From the NCBI GenBank assembly GCA_951406725.2, contig OX597818.1, forward strand, positions 14,570,001 through 14,634,000: DNA of 64,000 bases. Reading direction: 5' to 3'. This document shows, piece after piece, positions 45,057 through 57,940 of the stretch (the stretch's first letter is position 1; each line of letters starts with the position of its first letter). This DNA comes from Octopus vulgaris (Eukaryota). A program made the position numbers and the translations under genes. The notes under the pieces are model-generated. The model saw only the letters and a program-made list of their open reading frames with translations, did not search any database and was not told where the DNA came from.

Positions 45057-45062
<6 letters not shown>
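44774..45062. repeat. ~200 bp near-perfect palindrome (44774-44971) plus family-type terminus
   Basis: ~95 bp arms around an 8 nt loop. gaccactaa...catgctaga and agggta..accagtggcc motifs are shared with the hammerhead elements. Confidence 0.85.
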
Positions 45063-45106
<44 letters not shown>

Positions 45107-45479
45107 CAAATAAGAAAAAGGGGAAACAATTTAGTTTCTTCATCAACTTTCGGATATTAGAATGTTGAATTATTTATTCCAATATATTAATTCTTTGATG
45201 TATTAATTCTTGGTTGGTATGGGTATATCTTTTAGTGGTGAATCAATCCGTATTATCTCCGTTTTTCCAACAGTATTCATTTTGAGGGATTATTGAACTA
45301 TACTTAAATGTATTCACTTATACTAGCAATACTCCAAATATTGAATAGATAATTCATACATATACAAATATTAGCAATAGATATTCCTCATATAATTAAT
45401 TTTATAACACAAAGTTAGTGGTTATGGGTGTATTTATCCAATATACTGTTGGTAAAGTACCCAAATTCTTAATACATAA

Positions 45480-46300
45480 ATGTTTTTAATTGCAATGCAA
45501 TTAACTTATTTATTGTATTAAACGGGTGAATGTAAAGAAATATTTTACCGTTATTCTCATTATCCTTAAAGATTAAACATCTCCATATATACAAATCATA
45601 GGATTATGTTGTCATGCAAACGCTTTTGATTGTTAGATTTTTTTAGCGCTGCTAAGTTTCGCGAGCACCTCCTACAGAGCTTCTCGGTTTATAATATGAA
45701 CGTCATGTGCTGATCATAGAAAACTATGTATAATTGTTCGTGCTCCCACAACATTTTTCTTTTTTACAAGCGAGCACAGAATCTCATATCAAAAGTATTT
45801 TTGGATAGCCAAAGACCAGACCAGATTGAAATTGTTTAGTGTACGATAATTGCGTGAGTCCTGTGAGCATATTTTTAACCGGGTTTTTTTTTAGTAGTTG
45901 ACAAATGCGAGATACTTTCGTTGTTTTCAGTATCTGATTTCTCTCCCTTTCAGAAAAAGTTAATAATGGTTATATCTCTGAGACAATCAGCTTTATCCTC
46001 TTGCATTTAGATTAGAAGAAATAGTAGATAAATCTTTGTTGTTAGTGTTTCGTTTCCAAACTGATAGACCTAAACCAGATTTTCATCAAACCTAGGTGGT
46101 TCATTTTTTCAAACAATGATTCGTTTATTTTTTCTACCATGTCAAGTGATGTAGTTTCATTGTTCACCATGCGACTTTGCTCATGGTCATCTGAAGAAAT
46201 ATATTATCCACAGTAGCTTAGAGTTTCGGCCTAATGAATGGCTTCAGGTAACTGAATTAAACAATCTATATTCTAACTTCTGGAACAGTTCTTTTTCTTC
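45480..46300 (-). mobile_element. Highly decayed Penelope remnant
   Basis: VDNIFL (RT YVDD-like) near 46210 and YEILCSL..VG (GIY-YIG-like) near 45770. Confidence 0.35.
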
Positions 46301-46377
46301 CATTCTTGATCACTAACATATACGTGTGCATATATGTAAACATTCATATGTATATCTATTTACTCATGCGCATATAT

Positions 46378-46439
<62 letters not shown>

Positions 46440-46485
46440 GTATGTGTATATATATATATATATATATGTATACACACACACACAC

Positions 46486-46535
<50 letters not shown>

Positions 46536-47169
46536 CAAATATATTGATTTATTTGCACTCTATTTGTGTTTTTGTGAGCAGCCCTATTATAAAATTATGT
46601 TCTAGAAAAAAATGCATATACCGAAAGACATACGATATATAAGTTGCACTTTGTATTAATTCTTTCATGTGTATTTATGTATTTATCATTTCAGTGATTC
46701 TAGTATTTTTCGTTCAAGTAGGAATTCTAATGGTAATGCAGAGACAACCTCCTACCACGAGTGTCGTGACTTGCTTTTAGTTCCTACTTGTAATGTTCGT
46801 AGCTAATGGCTTCAGAAAGTATTAATGTCAAAAATTCTCTCTTTTTTTTTTTTTTTTTGTTCCCTACTTCTAAATTTTAAATTCTGTACTTGTGTAAACA
46901 GATGGAAAAAAATCAAAAGAAACTCTGAACAAAAACAAAGAAAGAATCATAGCTGATCGATTCTAAATAACAAAAATAATATTCATTGAACACTGTCGGT
47001 TGTTTAGTTAAATTTCAGCGTTGCGTACCAATTTTCCGGTTGAGAAATGGCAAAACAGTCCAAACAGGATACTCTAGACACTTTCTAAGAAATAAGGATT
47101 TATAGAAACATGTTGGACCTCGTAATATAAGCAAGCATTGCATGGTTAACGAAATCATTTGCAAATATA

Positions 47170-47899
47170 CAGGGTGGCACACGTAAAAGTAGCTCGGGTT
47201 CTATAGCATAGTATAAACACAGAAATAGATTTACACACACGAAAAAGCTTCCACCCTTTCGTTTGAATGTCATTGCATTATTTCGACCATTTGTAACTGC
47301 TATTCAGAATCTATGTGCAGTAATTTTCTCGTTTGCTCTTGCCGTCCACTTTTAATAGCTGTACACATGTGAAATGACATGGTTTCAACATCTGTTGGCA
47401 TGACCTCCTACTTATGCGTGACTGCTACTCCAATTTGCGCACTGATTTCTTTGGACTTCGAGTAATCCTTTGGCGCACGTAGAGTCTCATTGTTTAGGGG
47501 CATTGTGCATTGGCCCGTAGTGCATCATATTTGTATCGTCCTCTTTTGCCGGTAAGCTTTTACTCGGAAACTTGACTTCAAAAATTTGCTTAAAACAGAA
47601 TCCGTTCTCACATAAACTTCCACAATATCCACTCTTTCCGCTATTGAGTAAATCATCTTGTAGAAAAGGCTAGATATTTTCACTCGGTGCAATCTTACAA
47701 TAAATAAGGTGGTGAAGATGCGATGAGGATAACATAGCAAACAGTCGGCTAGTGCGTCATCTTTGTTCAGCAGTTACAAGCGGTCAAGATAACACAATGG
47801 CACAAATGAAAGGGTGGGTGCTTTTTCGTGTGTGTAAATTTATTTCTATATTTAAACTATGCTATGGAACCTGTGCTACTTTTTTTGTGCGTCACCTTG
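47170..47899 (-). mobile_element. Tc1/mariner-type deletion derivative with ~140 bp TIRs
   Basis: ta|cagggtggcacacgtaaaagtagc...gcgtcaccttg|ta. MIYSIAERVDIVEVY resembles a DUF4817-type HTH. Confidence 0.8.
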
Positions 47900-48002
47900 T
47901 ATAATGTTATTTTTGAAAAACATCTTTGTGTTGTTATGTTTTTGATCAGAATTTGGTGATTTGATACAGCGTTAGCTGAAAATAGAATTTCATACCAGAT
48001 AT

Positions 48003-48408
48003 AGGCGCAGGCATGGCTGTGTGGTAAGTAGCTTTCTTCCCGACCTCATGGCTCCGGGTTCAGTCCCAGTGCGTTGCACCATGGGATAGTCTATAGCCTC
48101 GGACCCACGTAAGGCCTTGTGAGTGGATTTGGTAGACGGAAACTGAAAGAAACCCGTCGTATATACTCATGTATATATCTATGCATGTCTGTCTTTGTGG
48201 CTGTGCTTCTCACTCCATCACTGCTTGACAACTAGCGTTGATGTGCTAATGTGTTTACGTGCTGATAATTTATCGGTTCGGCAAAAGAGACGGATAGAAT
48301 AATTAGTAGGCTTACGAAGAAAAGCCCTGGGGTCGACTTGTTCGACTAAAACTCTTCAAGCATGGCTGCAGTCAAATTACTAAAACAAGTAAAAGAATAA
48401 AAGAATAG
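48003..48408 (+). mobile_element. Family B CORE-like SINE, near full length
   Basis: ggcgcaggcatggctgtgtggtaag...gggttcagtccc head and tail agcatggctgcagtc..aaacaagtaaaagaata. Confidence 0.85.
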
Positions 48409-49844
48409 ATGCATATGTGTGTGTGCGTATGATATATACTGAGAATGACATTTACTATACATATGTATATATACACACACATACATACACACATACATAC
48501 ATACAGTGTTTATACATATATATATAGAGAGAGACACACACACACACACCGACAGACAGGCAGGCAGACAGACAAGCAGGCAGGCAGGCAGTTAGACAGA
48601 TAGACAAACACATAGTGTCTATATTTACGACTCATCTACATTTCGTTAGATGTATAAGGACCATGACTTGTATCTGTATCTTATATCTTTGTCTCCTTTA
48701 AATTCATTTTAATTATACTCTGATATTATAGCTGAGAGTTAGTTCTAGGCTATAGTCAATCCAGTAAATATTTATGATACTGTTTATATAATACTCGGAA
48801 GGGACCGTATTATATTTGCATTTTATTTGTAAACTACACTAGTAGCCACTAAACTGAACGCCGGTTGATGCTAAGCAAAGGTTGCATCAGAAGATTGCCT
48901 AGTGTTTACTATAGAATGTAACACAGCCCATTGGATGGAGTCAAACTTGCAACTCACCAACTTGATTATGTATCTCTGTATACCCATAAAAACCATGATT
49001 CTAATTTTTGATTTTGATGATGAGGAACAAGGAAACTCTGGAGTAAGACTTAAACAGTCATGTCGGGAAATTTCTGAAAGATGCTGACATTTATTTAAGA
49101 CAGCTAAATAATAATATATCCTCTCTACTATAGGTACAAAGCCCGAAATTTGTGGAATGTGGGTTAGTTGATTACATCAATACCAGTGTTCGATTTGTGC
49201 TTATTTTTATCGGACCCGAAAGGATGAACGGTGACATTTAAATTCAGAATGTAATATGCCAGAAAACATGCCGGTGTGCTAATGATTTTGCCGCCTTTGA
49301 AAACGAAATAATTATATAGTAACACAAAACAAAGTTTCTGAAACATACCAAAAGAAATGCGATGAATTTGAAGACGTTATATACAAGTTATTTCTCCAAA
49401 GTGTGATACACTCAACTATTTAAACATGAAGAACTATTATCAGTTGTACAGACGACTCACAATCAGAAACACGAGGTAAACTTAAGTAACTGTAAGTATT
49501 GGCTACCACTTGATTTGTACACTGGTTAAGCAAATATAAGCATGTCTTCTCACGGCTGGACAATTTACAGCAAAAGAGTATAATGACGAATCCATTTGAA
49601 GTGTTGTCGAGAATTAGCAAATGGCAGTTATGTAGAGGGGAGAAATCTTGAGATTAATCAATGAGGACAGTTAAAATATATGTGAAATGAATAGACAGCC
49701 ATCACCACTATCATTAGTACAGTTGTCATTAACACACTTATCGCCTGTCATTTACATGCATCAGACAGCCACTCTAACATTACTGTGGTCTTTGCTATTA
49801 TAACTAACACCACGCTAACTAAATCACTATCACAATTATTACCA

Positions 49845-50158
49845 ATAGCCGGGGCACTCCGTCGGTTACGACGGTAAGTATTCCAGTTGATATGACCAAC
49901 AACCCATGAAATTAACATACCTGTGACTGAGCACTCCACAACACTGGTCCTCATCGTTCCCAGGGAAATTCAGTGTGACATACTGGATGTGACAAGGGAT
50001 GGCAACTGAAATACAGGCACAACTCATTTTCTCCAGCTGTGTGAGCTGAAGCAACGTGAAATAAAGTGTCTTGATCAAGGGCAGAGCGCATCACCAGGAA
50101 CCGAACTTACTACTTTACGATCGTAAGCCGAATACACTGACCATTACGCTACGCGCCA
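49845..50158 (-). mobile_element. tRNA-derived SINE (V-domain-like), decayed
   Basis: Head ggcgcgtagcgtaatggtcag, then cccttgatcaagacactttatttcacgttgc. Confidence 0.6.
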
Positions 50159-50197
50159 TCTCATTGCCAATGGCACAATAATACGCGTGCATGCACG

Positions 50198-50240
<43 letters not shown>

Positions 50241-51134
50241 ACACACACGCACATATTTTCTCACTGTCTCACACACATACTGTCTTACACACACAGACAC
50301 ATACACGCACTCACACACAGAGACATACACACGTGTGCGACCCCTCAGCATCATTACCATACCTACTAGAATTTTTTTTCGTGGTCTCTCGACTAGTTAA
50401 AAGCAGTAGTTAAATCTCCCTCACAATCCAAACCATCATCTTGAAACGGAGGTATACATGAGGCAATGCCGTTCTAAATTTACAAGAAAAAATAGGTGGA
50501 AATCCCTCGATGATAAGTTTCTTCGACTAGAGCTGATCTGGAGCTAAACATCATCATCATCATAATCATAATTATCATCATCAACAACAACAACAACAAC
50601 AGTGCCAATAACCACTCCACTTCGTAACCATTGATGGGTCACGTTAAATTTCTTCCAACCACTTGAAGTTTTTCTAATTTTTACCAGATTATTTTCAAAG
50701 ATTGAAGTTCTGACGCATAAAGTTGACGAAAGTCGCATTCATATTATCAACTCTTTGTTGTCATGGAAATCAGCAGACACCGAAGACGAAACCTTTATGT
50801 GGTCTATCAAACTACTAGAAATAGCAGTCAACTCTCCCTTAAACTACACCATAATGTCTAAAACACGGAAAGGATGACACATTATATAATGTAGTTGGGA
50901 GTGTTGCTTTTCTCATTTATAATTATACATTGATGCTCTAATTATAATTAGAGCACCTATAACCGCTCGGTTCAAAGTCTCTCTTGACCAGAAATGACCT
51001 GAACTCTTTGCATGAACACCCCTGTACATAACTCCATGTCCCCCTACATGGCCTTGCTTTTTGCTTTTTGAGCCAAAAAATTAACTTAACTTAACTTAAC
51101 TTAAATGTAATCATAAGCACATTGTACGTATTAA

Positions 51135-51680
51135 TGGTTTCAAATTTTAGCACAAGGCCAGCAAATTCGGGAGGGGAGTAGGTTGAGTACATAGACCGCA
51201 GTGCTCAACAGGTATTTACTTTATCGAACCCGAAAGGATGAAAGACAAGGTGGACCCCGACGGAATTCGAACTCAGAACGTAATGATGGACGGCATGCTG
51301 CTAAGCATTTTGGCCGGTTTGCTAACGATTCTGCCAGTTCGCTGCACAAGGCCTGAAATTTGGTGCAGGGGACTAGTTGATTGCATCGACCCCAGTGTTT
51401 CGCTGGTACTTAATTCATCGACCCCGAAAGGATGAAAGGCAAAGTCGACATCGGCGAAATTTGAAATCAGAACGTAGTGTCAGACGAAATACCTATTTCT
51501 TTACTACCCACAAGGGGCTAAACACAGAGAGGACAAACAAGGACAGACAAACGGATTAAGTCGATTATATCGACCCCAGTTCGTAACTGGTACTTATTTA
51601 ATCGACCCCGAAAGGATGAAAGGCAAAGTCGACCTCGGCGGAATTCGAACGCAGAACGTAGCGGCGGACGAAATACTGTT
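51135..51680 (-). mobile_element. Three stacked family A SINE copies
   Basis: Repeated cgacccc gaaaggatgaaaggcaaagtcgac...gaattcgaac. Confidence 0.85.
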
Positions 51681-51849
51681 ATTTTTTCTATATATGCATA
51701 TGCTGATATATAACCTACGCTGGACTCCTCATTCGCATAATCACCGAACCTGGAGCTTAACTATAGACTGTCCATAGCATTACTTGACACCTTTGGGTCT
51801 TCTTGACACCATTACCTCTCATAACCTATATATATATATAATTTATCAA

Positions 51850-52470
51850 TTATAATAAAGGGTAAAATTAATTAATTAACTCGTAATTAATAATTCCACC
51901 AAGTAAAATTCGGCATGAAAAAGGACCATTTTTCGGTAAACTTAAACAATATTTTATAATTACGAGTATGACTATAATTAGGGTTCAGCAAAGATTTGCT
52001 TTACCACATACCGAAGTTTAGGAATAGCAGGCAAAGAACCTTAGCTATTTCTTCTACTATAAGAAGAGACTCCCGGACAAAGCAAAATATTAGAAATAAC
52101 CCACGCAGACAGAGAGGAAAAATAACGAAATTCCCTCGGTATTTGATTACCTGTGGACGCGTTTCGGAATTAGATCGGTATGAAGAATATAAAAATCATA
52201 CTTCACCCAAACATTTTCCTCTTCAGCACAGGATTCCCCGATATTAAATTTGAGAGCACTGGAAAAATTGAACATACCTATCCAATTCAAAACAGTATCA
52301 GACAGATCATATTCAACGTCCAGTACCGGCGAGTTTTGTCCGGGAGTCTCTTCTTATAGTAGAAGAAATAGCTAAGGTTCTTTGGCTGCTATTTCTAAAC
52401 TTCGATATGTGGTAAAGCAAATCTTTACTGAACCCTAATTATAATTATACTCGTAATTATAAAATATTGT
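51850..52470. mobile_element. ORF-less fold-back element (135 bp arms) with a hammerhead in the loop
   Basis: 51946-52081 is the reverse complement of 52335-52470. Flanked by (TA)n. Confidence 0.85.
52150..52232 (-). ncRNA. Type I hammerhead ribozyme motif (intact core)
   Basis: cctgtg-CTGAAGA-ggaa...ttcc-GAAAC-GC-GTC-cacagg. Confidence 0.9.
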
Positions 52471-52481
52471 ATATATATATA

Positions 52482-52840
52482 TCACCATGATCACCTTGAC
52501 CGACCAGTCCGTCGAGCGTCCATTTGACACCGCTGGTCACAGCACGCTGTTCACTCCTCGCTGGATCGCGCCTTTCTCATCCACGTGATCCCAATCGTCC
52601 TCCTGAAATCGTAGCTCCACCGTCGCGGAGGCCTTCCGGGTTGTCGTTTCTGCTCGCGCGGGTACCACTCGACAACTGCGCGGGTCCACCGATTATTGGT
52701 GAGCCGGGCGACGTGTCCAGCCCATCTAAACTTGCTGCGTGTATATTCTGCGATGACATCCCTCATGCCGGACTTCTCTCTGATGGCCTCGTTACTGATG
52801 TGCTCTCACAACGAGATTCCAAGCATTGACATTTCCATAT
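52482..52840 (-). mobile_element. RTE-clade LINE 3' end
   Basis: SKFRWAGHVARLTNNRWTRAVVEWYPREQKRQPGRPPRRW. Confidence 0.92.
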
Positions 52841-52849
52841 TCACACACA

Positions 52850-52916
<67 letters not shown>

Positions 52917-53277
52917 TAGTAATCGTAGCCACTTCAGCATGGCTGTCCGATTGGGCGGACTCTGCTGCGATTTTTTAACCCCAAGAAGACATCTCCACTA
53001 GCTGGTTAACGATGCAAAGCTGCATCCGATAAAATTGTGAGCAGGCGAACGAACACCTATCATCTCATAGCGACCGATCGGATGCACCTGTGCATTGTTA
53101 ACCAGTTAGAGGAGATTTCTCTTGCTTTTAAAAAAATCGAAGTAGAGTCTGCTCGAACGGACAGCCATGTTAAAGTGGCTACGAATATTACTTATTAGTA
53201 CAACTACTGCTTTAATCTCTTAGAGAGATTTTAGAACTAGCGACTGTGTGTTCGCTTGAAATATATATATTGCGTGC

Positions 53278-53498
53278 CAGCTGGCAGAAACGTTAACACG
53301 CCGGGCGAAATGCGTAGCCGTATTTTGTCTGCCTTTACGTTCTGGGTTCAAATTCCGCCGAGGTCGACTTTGCCTTTCATTCTTTCGGGGCCGATGAATT
53401 AAGTACCAGTTACGCGCTGGGGGGCGATGTAATCGACTTAATCCGTTTGTCTGTCCTTGTTTTTACCCTCTGTGTTTAGCCCCTTGTAGGTAGTAAAG

Positions 53499-53502
<4 letters not shown>
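53278..53502 (+). mobile_element. Family A SINE with target-site duplication atatatattgcgtgc
   Basis: Duplication ends at 53277 and 53541. Confidence 0.88.
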
Positions 53503-53536
<34 letters not shown>

Positions 53537-53576
53537 CGTGCAGAGCGAGCTGCTACCATTTCTAACAGAAAGGTGT

Positions 53577-53627
53577 CCAGTACTGAGGAGTGGCAGAAAT
53601 AGACCGAAACCAGGACTGGTCTGCTGG
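53577..53627 (+). ncRNA. Type I hammerhead ribozyme motif (intact core, weak stem II)
   Basis: ccagta-CTGAGGA-gtggcagaaatagacc-GAAACCAG-GA-CTGGTC-tgctgg. Confidence 0.75.
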
Positions 53628-54082
53628 TTCTGTCCCTAAGAGATGGTAGGGGTTAGCTCCCCTGTTCGCAATTTTATCGGATGCAGCTGTGTATCGTTAA
53701 CCAGCTAGTGGAGATGTCTCTTATGGTTAAAATATCGCAGATGAGTCTGCCCTGTTAAAGTAGCTACGAATATTACTTGCCAGTACAACTACTACGTTAA
53801 TCTCTTAGAAAGATTTTAAAACTTGCATTTTTGCTTGTTATATATATATATATATACAACATAAACTTGCAGTTTTGCTTGTTGTATATATATATATATA
53901 CATATATACATGCGTATAATAGGGATAACCACTAAGCGGACATCCAATATGCTAGAAGAAATAGTTAAATTCCATACCACTATTAGGGATAAAACTTCGA
54001 AGGGAAAGAAAAATAAAAACATTTACCATCTTATTACCCTTGATATTATTAACATATATATATATATACACACACATACACG

Positions 54083-54194
<112 letters not shown>

Positions 54195-55157
54195 TCCTAA
54201 TAATGTAATTAGCTCCAATAAGTATGTCAGACCAAGATTTATGTTGAATGGAACAGTAATTATAATATCACCTTTAGAAAGTTCATGGTACCTAATAGTC
54301 AATAGCACGTAACGTCAATGTCTGCGCTTATTATTATATGATTTCAATTGTATTTATTTATTTAGAGTTCCCGAGATTTGCTTTCGTAAAATTTCCATTG
54401 TTTCTGATATTGAAATATTTCTGTATGTGCGTGAGTACGTTCTATTAATATCTATATAGAAGATAGAGACGTGATTAACCCGACCAGTCATAAATGTATT
54501 TCAACTATGACAATTCTACATTATTAAATGTGTTCTCAAAGATTTGATTTGAGGAAGATTTCAGCTCCATAGCGTTTACTAGTCTATTGTAGTTGTTGTT
54601 CTTGTAACAATAGTGGTTGTTATCGATATTTTTACTATTTCCCACATTGTTACACTCCTGCATATTTATTTTCCTTCTTTCGTTTATATCAGCCATGCGG
54701 CGGCGGTCATACTGGAGCACCATTCCTTTCTTTTGCTGGGCTCAAATCTCGTTTGCAGATCCATGAAAAACGAGTCTCCACCAAATACTCTACTATATAA
54801 TTGTGCACACCTTTCCTTGTCGTGTATGCCATAAGGCATGCAAATCTGATGGAGGCCTCAAATGACATTTTGAGGTCCACAACGATCAGAAATTAACTAC
54901 AGCTCTTGGTAGTCCAAATTTGATATGCAAACTATGTGGGTGATTTCCAATACATTGTCTGGTTTAAAAGGTCACATCAGACGCCATGATGGATCTAAGG
55001 CGTAGGTACGAGAGGTGGTCAGACTCTGCATAAGGAGTAGACAACCACCATGCTTGCATGCATCTATGCATGTATGTATGTGTATATGTATGTATATATG
55101 TATGTATATATGTATGTATGTATATACGTATGTATGTATGTATGTTTGCATACATAC

Positions 55158-55285
55158 AATTTGGGGGGAGGAGGCCAGTTGATTAGATCGACCTCGGTAT
55201 GCAACTGGTACATAATTTATCGACCCCGAAACGATGAAAGGCAAAGTCGACTTCGGCGGAATTTGAACTCAGAACGTAAAGACAC
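55158..55285 (-). mobile_element. Family A SINE fragment
   Basis: atcgaccccgaaacgatgaaaggcaaagtcgacttcggcggaatttgaactcag. Confidence 0.8.
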
Positions 55286-56189
55286 GTATGTATGTGTGTG
55301 CATATGTATTTTCTTTATCCGATCAGAAAAAGAAATACTAATAACTCATTGTTGTACATATGTGTCAGAGTAGTAATAAGAAATTGTATGAATGACAAAG
55401 GAATAAGGAATTGCGGATTTCATGACATAATTTCTAATTCCCTTGGTAAGACGTTTGCTTCTCTACCACATAGATAATATCCATGCTCGGTAATGTACCC
55501 CTGAAACGGCCGTAGATGGGAAGTCCTCCAACTTTGGATCCTTCTTATTTCTGTATTTTTAACCTCGAAATTTAGCCCTTACTGGTTTTAGACTTTTGAC
55601 CTCGGACATCTTTCATCTCGTAACTTCTATCTAATATAATTTATATGAATAGGTGATTTTTAGACGATTTGGGCGGTTTACTATTTTAAAATTAATGTTT
55701 ATTTATCAACCTCTCATTCGTTTTGCACCTCCTATATTTATCACGCATAACACTTTACATGTAAATTTTTATTTATATGCAATTTTATATGTATTTTTAT
55801 ATATCTTTATATATCTTCTATATCTTTCTGTATGTTTGGCTTTGTATTATTTATACCCTTCGGGAATATTTATGCTTGTATATGCATGATTTATGTTGAT
55901 GTTGAATGATTTCATTTATGTGTTCGGGAATCTGTTTTAATTGCTTGAACTCCATATTCTTTTCGCTTTGGCTGGCTATGAGCACGCTGTAAACAACCCA
56001 TACATTTAAAAATATATTTAAAACATATTTTATATGTGTTTGCGTGTGTGTATGTTTAATTCGTAAATTCATACATAGATTTGCTGAATGTAAATGTGTT
56101 TATGTTTGCATTCAAGTATGTACGTATTCTTTTACTTGTTTCAGTTATTTGACTGCGCCTATGCAGGAGCACCACTTTGAAAAGTTTTA

Positions 56190-57940
56190 GTCAAGCAAAT
56201 TGTATTGATAATACAATTTCGAACTGAAAATCAGTCAATGTTGAAGAACCCCGTTGTAAATAATATTCATTGTTTCAATTTTTATTGGTGTTGAAATGAA
56301 TAAATTTTTGCTGCTTCCATCTGGCGAGCAAGCAGTGGGAGTAGCATGTAGTAGAGAGGTCAAGTGCAACTACCTTGAGTGAGTAACCCTGAATTTTTTT
56401 AATTGAAATACCAAAACTTAGTTTGACTGGAAACTGCAGCGTCATAATTTCTAATGGAACATATGTAGGTACAAGAGGAATTTTTGAAATAAAGACATTT
56501 TCTCCTTTGTTATGATTGTTGCTTGTTGGACATGGGACTTCATGGAAGTAACAATTAAGTGAATTCCATTACACAGGTGAGGTGGTCAAGATTCCCAAAC
56601 AACATAATGGGAGCACCCAGTTTTAGTGTCATGTTATGCAGTGCCATCCTAATAGGTTCAAGTGTGTTCAGAAATTCAACAGTGTACTGAACAACCTGAT
56701 TTTGATCGACTGTTGTCATTTGATCGAAAAGTCATTTCTAATGTATCTATTAACTTTTGAAGAAGTTCATGATTGAGTTCATCAACCATTTCATTAGTTG
56801 GAGCTAGTATAGCTCTTTCACATAGTCAGTTTACATCAGTGTAATTGACATATAAATTATGAAGTACTTTATCCATAATATCCCTTAAAGAAAGTATCAT
56901 TTAATCGCATGTAATTTCATGTAGTTGAAGTCTTGATTTGAATGATAATATCCTATTATCAATCTTAAGAATCTCGTATGATCACCTTGTAGAAGTACTC
57001 TGATGTTGCCTGTAAAATGAAGTTCTTTTACATTTCTTCGAAGGTGCGATTTTTTGAAGCAGGCATTAACCTCATGAGCTTTTGATCCTTTGGGGATAAC
57101 TAACAATGTTTGACGAAAATCTCCTCCAACAAGAACTGATTTTTATCTTCTTGGAGGGTACGGTCAAGTAACTTTGGAGCTCCACAATGTGACAGTGAGC
57201 TCTTCCCAAGCAATGAGGCAAGTTTGTTAGAGAACTGTTGCCCTGGCACAGTTTTTGGAAATGTTGCACATTTTCGATTCTTTCCTTGCAAGGTTTAGAG
57301 GGAGCTTGAACATGGAAGGAACAATTCTCCCCCCATTGAGGAGAGTAACTACAATACCAGAGGAGGCAACACTGGAAGAAGGTTAAATTTTCTTTATTTC
57401 CATTTGGGATTGCAGGTAAAAGTGACAAAAAGAGCTGTTTTTTTTGTATGTCCTGACATATGTCATAGCATCTTGTGTTCGTGCAAATATCGAGGACAAC
57501 TTGTGAATAATAATGGGAGGATTATAAGTTGCCCCATGATTTTATATCACTATCTGTCCTCAGAGCATCTTGGAGAGGGACTTTGGTTTTATTGTTACGA
57601 ATGTAGAGGAGATACTGACTCTCAACTATAGCATACATATCAACCAGGTATAGCTGAAATAGATCAGGACACATGTGTAATTGATTTGATTGTTCTGGTC
57701 TTAACATCAGTTGATAAGAATAGAAGTCATTTGACGACACCTTTTTGTTTATAATTGGCTCTCCTGTTGCAGGTTCAATCTGTGGAATATTGAAATGATA
57801 CCCATCTTGTCCATTCCACAAAATAAAAGGATACTGGAGAGCATCATAAGAGGGATGAGTCTCTGAAACATGTTTAAGGTTGTTATCTCGAGCAAGAATG
57901 AGAATATCACGATTTTCATGGGGATCACCTACTATAAGGA
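56190..57940 (-). pseudogene. Helitron Rep/PIF1 helicase remnant
   Basis: DALQYPFILWNGQDGYH...FYSYQLMLR...FQLYLVDMYA, DFRQTLLVIPKG..EVNAC.K.S.L, RAILAPT, LKLGAPIMLL. Confidence 0.88.

Larger units (their letters stand above)
52915..53830. mobile_element. Inverted plus tandem copies of a ~335 nt hammerhead-bearing unit, interrupted by a SINE
   Basis: 52915-53075 (minus), 53077-53240 and 53633-53825 (plus) are mutually homologous. Confidence 0.8.
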
